A stretch of DNA of 64,000 nucleotides from Pseudomonadota bacterium (GTDB lineage Bacteria > Bdellovibrionota_B > Oligoflexia > Oligoflexales > CAIMVM01), in the NCBI GenBank assembly GCA_037142195.1, contig JBAXBA010000003.1:24104-88103 (forward strand), read 5' to 3'. Shown one piece after another: positions 59,787-64,000 of this stretch. The position numbers were made by a program, and so were the translations under genes. The notes under the pieces were generated by a model. It searched no databases. It was not told the origin of the DNA and saw only the letters and a program-made list of their open reading frames with translations. Positions within the stretch are counted from its first letter, which is position 1. Each line of letters opens with the position of its first letter.

Positions 59787-60239
59787 TCAAGGTTCCCAGG
59801 TGGACTCTCTATCGAGATCCAGGTCTCCAAAGAAGGTCTCAACCGTTCCCACGATATGATATTGAGCCGTAGGAAGGACGCCTTTGGAAATTATCGACTT
59901 AAAAACTAAGGAAACGCGATCTCCAAACACCCTCAAAGGTAGCTTAACTAAGGTCGAGTCCTGCCCAAGAATTTTAACCGCCTCGGGTTGAATTCCTTCG
60001 GCTAAAAGAGAATCCTTTACAGACAAACTGTATTTTAGATTCTTAATTGTAGCTTCAAAATAATTGGGATTGGCTACTCTTAAGTATACTTGAAGTTGTA
60101 TACTTTCTTTTGAAAAGCCATCAAGTTTAATGTCCTGCACGCGAATGGTAGGTTGAGCCGGCTCAACGCCCATCATCTTGGCGAAGGTCTGGCACCCAAC
60201 TAAGTAAAATAGAGCTGCAAATGGAATGATAAGCTTCAT
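59787..60239 (-). CDS. LEA type 2 (WHy domain) lipoprotein
   Basis: Lipobox LVGC and LRVANPN motif. Confidence 0.85.
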   Translation of the reverse strand: MKLIIPFAALFYLVGCQTFAKMMGVEPAQPTIRVQDIKLDGFSKESIQLQVYLRVANPNYFEATIKNLKYSLSVKDSLLAEGIQPEAVKILGQDSTLVKLPLRVFGDRVSLVFKSIISKGVLPTAQYHIVGTVETFFGDLDLDRESTWEP

Positions 60240-60718
60240 GCTTCTATTTTAACACCTTAAGCCTAGAATACAAACAAACAGCACTTGCGATATTTGTAGA
60301 ATCTCGCTGGGCAGAGTCTCTCATTTTCCATTTGCTCGAGGTTAGCAAAAGGAAGCATCGCATCGGCTTCGGCATTTAAATCGCTAAATTGTCGATAGTT
60401 CTAATTGATTTTATTTGAAAATCTTCACTGAACTCGTTTTTTGTCGGGAATCTCTGCCTGCAAGGGCAGCCTGAACCGAAACCTCATGTGTCATCAAGGC
60501 TAGGCCATACCCATGGTCCCTGCAAATTTCATGTCAAACTCATAAACAGGCTCCTTTCGCAAAATACTCCTATCGCAGCCCCATCAAGTCTTCAAATCAG
60601 CTGCATTTAAACCCTCCATTTCCAAGAGATTCCGCTGGATCCCCTCATTCCTATGATGAATTTAGATCCACTCTGTGATAAAATATGGTCCTAGAAAACG
60701 AACTTCTGAAGGATTTGT

Positions 60719-62611
60719 ATGGACATTGAGGCACTGAAATCCCAGATAGAAAGACCAAGTAAAGCCATTATTACAGGCGGAATGCCCTACACAAATGGGC
60801 CCATTCATTTGGGTCATTTGGCAGGCGCCCATGTCCCGCCTGATATTTTTGCACGTTGGATGCGAATGCTAATCGGTGCGGAAAATGTGCTTTTTGTGTG
60901 CGGAACCGACGACCACGGCTCTACCAGCGAAATTTCTGCAAATAAAGCCGGACTATCCATTAGAGACTTTATTGACCGTACTCATACACAACAAAAAAGA
61001 ACTTTTGATCGCTATGGGATTAGTTTTGATACCTTTACGGGAACTTCGGCTCCTGAGTGTTTTCCTTTTCATAAAGACATCTGTCAGGAATTTCTTACTC
61101 GCCTCGAAGCAAATAAACTTCTAGACAAGAAGGTCAGTCGTCAATGGTATGACCCTAAAATTCAACGATTTTTACAAGATCGCTTCGTTACTGGCCGCTG
61201 CCCCAATACCAAATGTGAGAATGAGTCGGCCTATAGCGACCAATGTGAAACCTGCGGCACGACTTATGACCCATCGGAGCTTATAGACCCCAAAAGCTCA
61301 TTGAGCGACGCACGCCCGGAGCTGAAAGACACCCTGCATTGGTGGCTCAATTTATGGGAAGTGTCTGAAGAACTCAGAATGTGGATTCAGTCTAAAGAGA
61401 AAAAGTGGCGTGCAGGAGTCTTCAATGAAGTGATCCATACGGTGCTTCCAGGACTCAAGTTTTCCAACACCCACGAAGATACCTATAAAGCTTTAAAAGA
61501 AACTCTTCCGAAACATAAAAGTAAATATGCGGCTGGAAAGAAAATCGCTCTAACCTTCGATGACAAATCTTCCTTAATTCACGCCAAAGCCGTTCTTTTA
61601 CAAAGTGGAATTGACAGTGAATTTCTCGACTCTTGGGCCCACCGTTCGATTACCCGAGATGTCTCGTGGGGCGTTCCTCTTCCAGAGTCCTTTGGCTCTG
61701 AAGGTATCGGTAAAAGCTTATATGTCTGGCCAGATTCCCTTATGGCTCCCATTGCCTTTACGAAAGTAGCCTTAGCTCAAAAAAACAAGGACCCGAAAGA
61801 CTCTGACCTTTTTTGGAAAGATCCAAAAGCTAAAATCTACCAATTTTTAGGCCAGGACAATGTTTACTATTATGTTCTCATGCAGGGAGCTTTATGGTTT
61901 GGCTCGCAAAAGAACCCCCATCAAATTCCACAAGAGGGTGAGTATCAACTTACTGACATTTTCAGCAGCTTCCACCTCATGGTTTCTGATGCGAAGATGA
62001 GCAAGTCCACAGGTAACTCCTATTCAGCCGATCAACTTCTCGATGAATTTGGCTATTCACCGGAACAAATTAGATATTTTCTCGCCCTACTGAGTCTTCC
62101 AGAAAAGAGCTCAAACTTTGACTTTGAAATGTTAAAGGAAAGAAATCGATTCCTTGCTGGGCCTTTAAATGCTGCCTTTGAAAAGCCCATATCTGCATGT
62201 CACTCAAAATTTAATGGGCAAATACCAGAAGGCCAGGTAAGCGAGAAAATCATAAACGACACCACTCAAATGATCAAAAAGTACTTCAAGTCCATGGAAA
62301 AGGCGGAGTATTCCACCTTGCTTTATGCCTTGGAAAACTACGCACGAAGCATTAATAGTCAATTTACCCAATTCAAACCCCACGACGACAGAGCCCCTCT
62401 AGAGCAGCGCCAAAATGCACTTGTATCGTGTTTTTATTTGTTAAAAAACTTAATGATTATGCTCTATCCCTTTGTCCCAACAACCATGGACAAACTTAGG
62501 CTTTCCTTAAATTTACCAGAATCCGTTTTTAGTGTGGATCAGCTAGGTATTCCATTGCCGGCACATCACACTATTGGCACGCAAGAGGACTATTTCCCCA
62601 AAGTGGAGTAG
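60719..62611 (+). CDS. Methionine--tRNA ligase-like protein (divergent, possible paralog)
   Basis: PYTNGPIHLGH, two-knuckle Zn region, ITRD..WG, YVW.D and KMSKS motifs. No C-terminal OB domain. Pocket and anticodon residues are atypical (see findings). Confidence 0.85.
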   Translation: MDIEALKSQIERPSKAIITGGMPYTNGPIHLGHLAGAHVPPDIFARWMRMLIGAENVLFVCGTDDHGSTSEISANKAGLSIRDFIDRTHTQQKRTFDRYGISFDTFTGTSAPECFPFHKDICQEFLTRLEANKLLDKKVSRQWYDPKIQRFLQDRFVTGRCPNTKCENESAYSDQCETCGTTYDPSELIDPKSSLSDARPELKDTLHWWLNLWEVSEELRMWIQSKEKKWRAGVFNEVIHTVLPGLKFSNTHEDTYKALKETLPKHKSKYAAGKKIALTFDDKSSLIHAKAVLLQSGIDSEFLDSWAHRSITRDVSWGVPLPESFGSEGIGKSLYVWPDSLMAPIAFTKVALAQKNKDPKDSDLFWKDPKAKIYQFLGQDNVYYYVLMQGALWFGSQKNPHQIPQEGEYQLTDIFSSFHLMVSDAKMSKSTGNSYSADQLLDEFGYSPEQIRYFLALLSLPEKSSNFDFEMLKERNRFLAGPLNAAFEKPISACHSKFNGQIPEGQVSEKIINDTTQMIKKYFKSMEKAEYSTLLYALENYARSINSQFTQFKPHDDRAPLEQRQNALVSCFYLLKNLMIMLYPFVPTTMDKLRLSLNLPESVFSVDQLGIPLPAHHTIGTQEDYFPKVE

Positions 62612-62785
62612 TCGCTTGGCGACGTTTAGACTAAAATAGTTATACAGCATAGTTTCTACTTCATTACCTTTTGTTGTCAAATGTTGCCAAAGTTAGGCTT
62701 TCCTTTTAGAAATGCCAGACTCATGAACAAAAGGGTCAATCAAGTGCCATGCAATATTCTCACGTGCTCAAAAGAAAGGGTTGGA

Positions 62786-63787
62786 ATGAAGAATTGCCTT
62801 TTAGGGATCGCCGCCGTTAGCTTTAGTTTCTCAGCTTCTGCAAAAGATGTTGTAAAAATTGTAGCGGGAAGCTGCATGCAGCAAGCAAGTCCAAAGCCAG
62901 CCTTAGTCTCCATGGCAGGCGAAAATCCAGATATCACTCTACTTATGGGCGACAACATATACGCGGACACCACCGATCCCAATCTGATGCGCAAGGAGTA
63001 TCAGACCCTTGTTGCAGACAAGGCTTTTTTAACACTCAAAGCCAAAGCACCGATTCTAGCCACTTGGGATGATCATGACTTTTCTACTGACGACTCCAAC
63101 ACCACAAACCCAATTAAAGATGCCTCCAAAAAACTGTTTCTAGAATTTTTGGGCGATGGCCCAAAGGATCCGCGAAATTCCCACGACGGCGTTTACTCCT
63201 CGCGCACCATTGGGGAAGGCAAAAAAACAATCCACGTGATCATGCTGGACACGCGGTATAACCTTAATACTAGGACCGGGAAAAACCCGCCTCCCGAGAA
63301 AGTACAAACCAAGGTAGGACAGCAGATTTTGGGGGAAGCGCAATGGAAGTGGTTCGAAAACGAATTACAGACTCCAGCTGCTTTAAAAATCATAGTTTCC
63401 TCGGTTCAAGTTTTTTCGAACTTTCATAAGTACGAACGCTGGTCCGTATTACCAGAAGAGTTGATTCGCCTGAAAACTCTTTTAAGTAAGCAAAAAGGAA
63501 CCGGCAAAAATATTATCTTCCTATCAGGGGATCGGCATTTTGGCGAAATCGCAAAGTATTCCTTAGGCACTGATTCCTATTTTGAAATGACAAGTTCCAA
63601 TTTGAACCTCGAAGGTCGCGGAGACTTACCAAAAGAAAGCAATCCCTTTGTACTTACCAAACTTGCCGGACCGCAGTATGGAGTCCTCGATCTGAACTGG
63701 GGAGTAGATACAGTAAGCGTGAACTTAAGCCTAAAAAGTGCAGATGGCCAAACCAAAGGCTCTCAAAAGATAGAGTTTAAGTATTAG
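62786..63787 (+). CDS. phoD: Alkaline phosphatase D (PhoD) family protein
   Basis: GSC, GDNIYAD, TWDDHD, LDTRY, ILGEAQW.W and LSGDRH motifs. The signal peptide starts at ATG 62786. Confidence 0.9.
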   Translation: MKNCLLGIAAVSFSFSASAKDVVKIVAGSCMQQASPKPALVSMAGENPDITLLMGDNIYADTTDPNLMRKEYQTLVADKAFLTLKAKAPILATWDDHDFSTDDSNTTNPIKDASKKLFLEFLGDGPKDPRNSHDGVYSSRTIGEGKKTIHVIMLDTRYNLNTRTGKNPPPEKVQTKVGQQILGEAQWKWFENELQTPAALKIIVSSVQVFSNFHKYERWSVLPEELIRLKTLLSKQKGTGKNIIFLSGDRHFGEIAKYSLGTDSYFEMTSSNLNLEGRGDLPKESNPFVLTKLAGPQYGVLDLNWGVDTVSVNLSLKSADGQTKGSQKIEFKY

Positions 63788-64000
63788 CAAACTGATGGAA
63801 CATGAAGAGCACATTAGAATTGTGCAAACCCAGCATGGGAGCGATAAGGCATTAAGGCCAAAACAGCAAACCCGAATATGCACACCTGATAGCATAGCCT
63901 CGCCCAAAGGCGGGGCTCCTACATAGACAGCCAATCTACCGAGCCTATTGCTGATCACAAACAACATAGAAACCGCATTCTTTGATCCCAAATGCTATCT

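Noticed and set aside
60250..60718. SAM riboswitch or T-box upstream of the MetRS-like gene
   Set aside because: Only a small GCAA-loop hairpin was seen, with no S-box core or T-box motif.
62672..62691. Pho box upstream of phoD (tgttgtcaaa tgttgccaaa)
   Set aside because: The direct repeat period is 10 bp, whereas PhoB boxes have an 11-bp period, and the match is weak.

Overview
A 64 kb gene-dense bacterial chromosomal segment of moderate GC content (roughly 43% by eye), using the standard code with TGA as a stop. It has many short secreted or lipoprotein hypotheticals, sigma54- and sigma28-like promoters and an alpha2-type GlyRS. Together these suggest a Bdellovibrionota/Oligoflexia-like organism, which is an inference. 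Housekeeping and metabolic genes include serS, kup, yebC, hutU, a gcdH-like dehydrogenase, hisS, htpG, copA, plsC, glyQS, ahcY and phoD. No rRNA, tRNA, CRISPR array, integrase or transposase was seen. The strongest observation is a MetRS-like protein (60719-62611) whose methionine pocket and CAU anticodon-reading residues are both remodelled and which carries a ~60-aa insertion, making it a candidate paralog with new specificity. Other notable items are: a ferrochelatase-like enzyme with a signal peptide and a sigma54 promoter; a secreted vertebrate-type protein-arginine deiminase with an intact catalytic tetrad; a MoxR-DUF58 operon whose third gene has 18 G[Q/K]GNSS repeats where a transglutaminase domain usually sits; a copper radical oxidase coupled to an exported CxxC HMA protein; a toxin-antitoxin toxin interrupted by a single in-frame TGA; and several intergenic VNTRs. 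All calls come from reading motifs by eye, and no searches were run.
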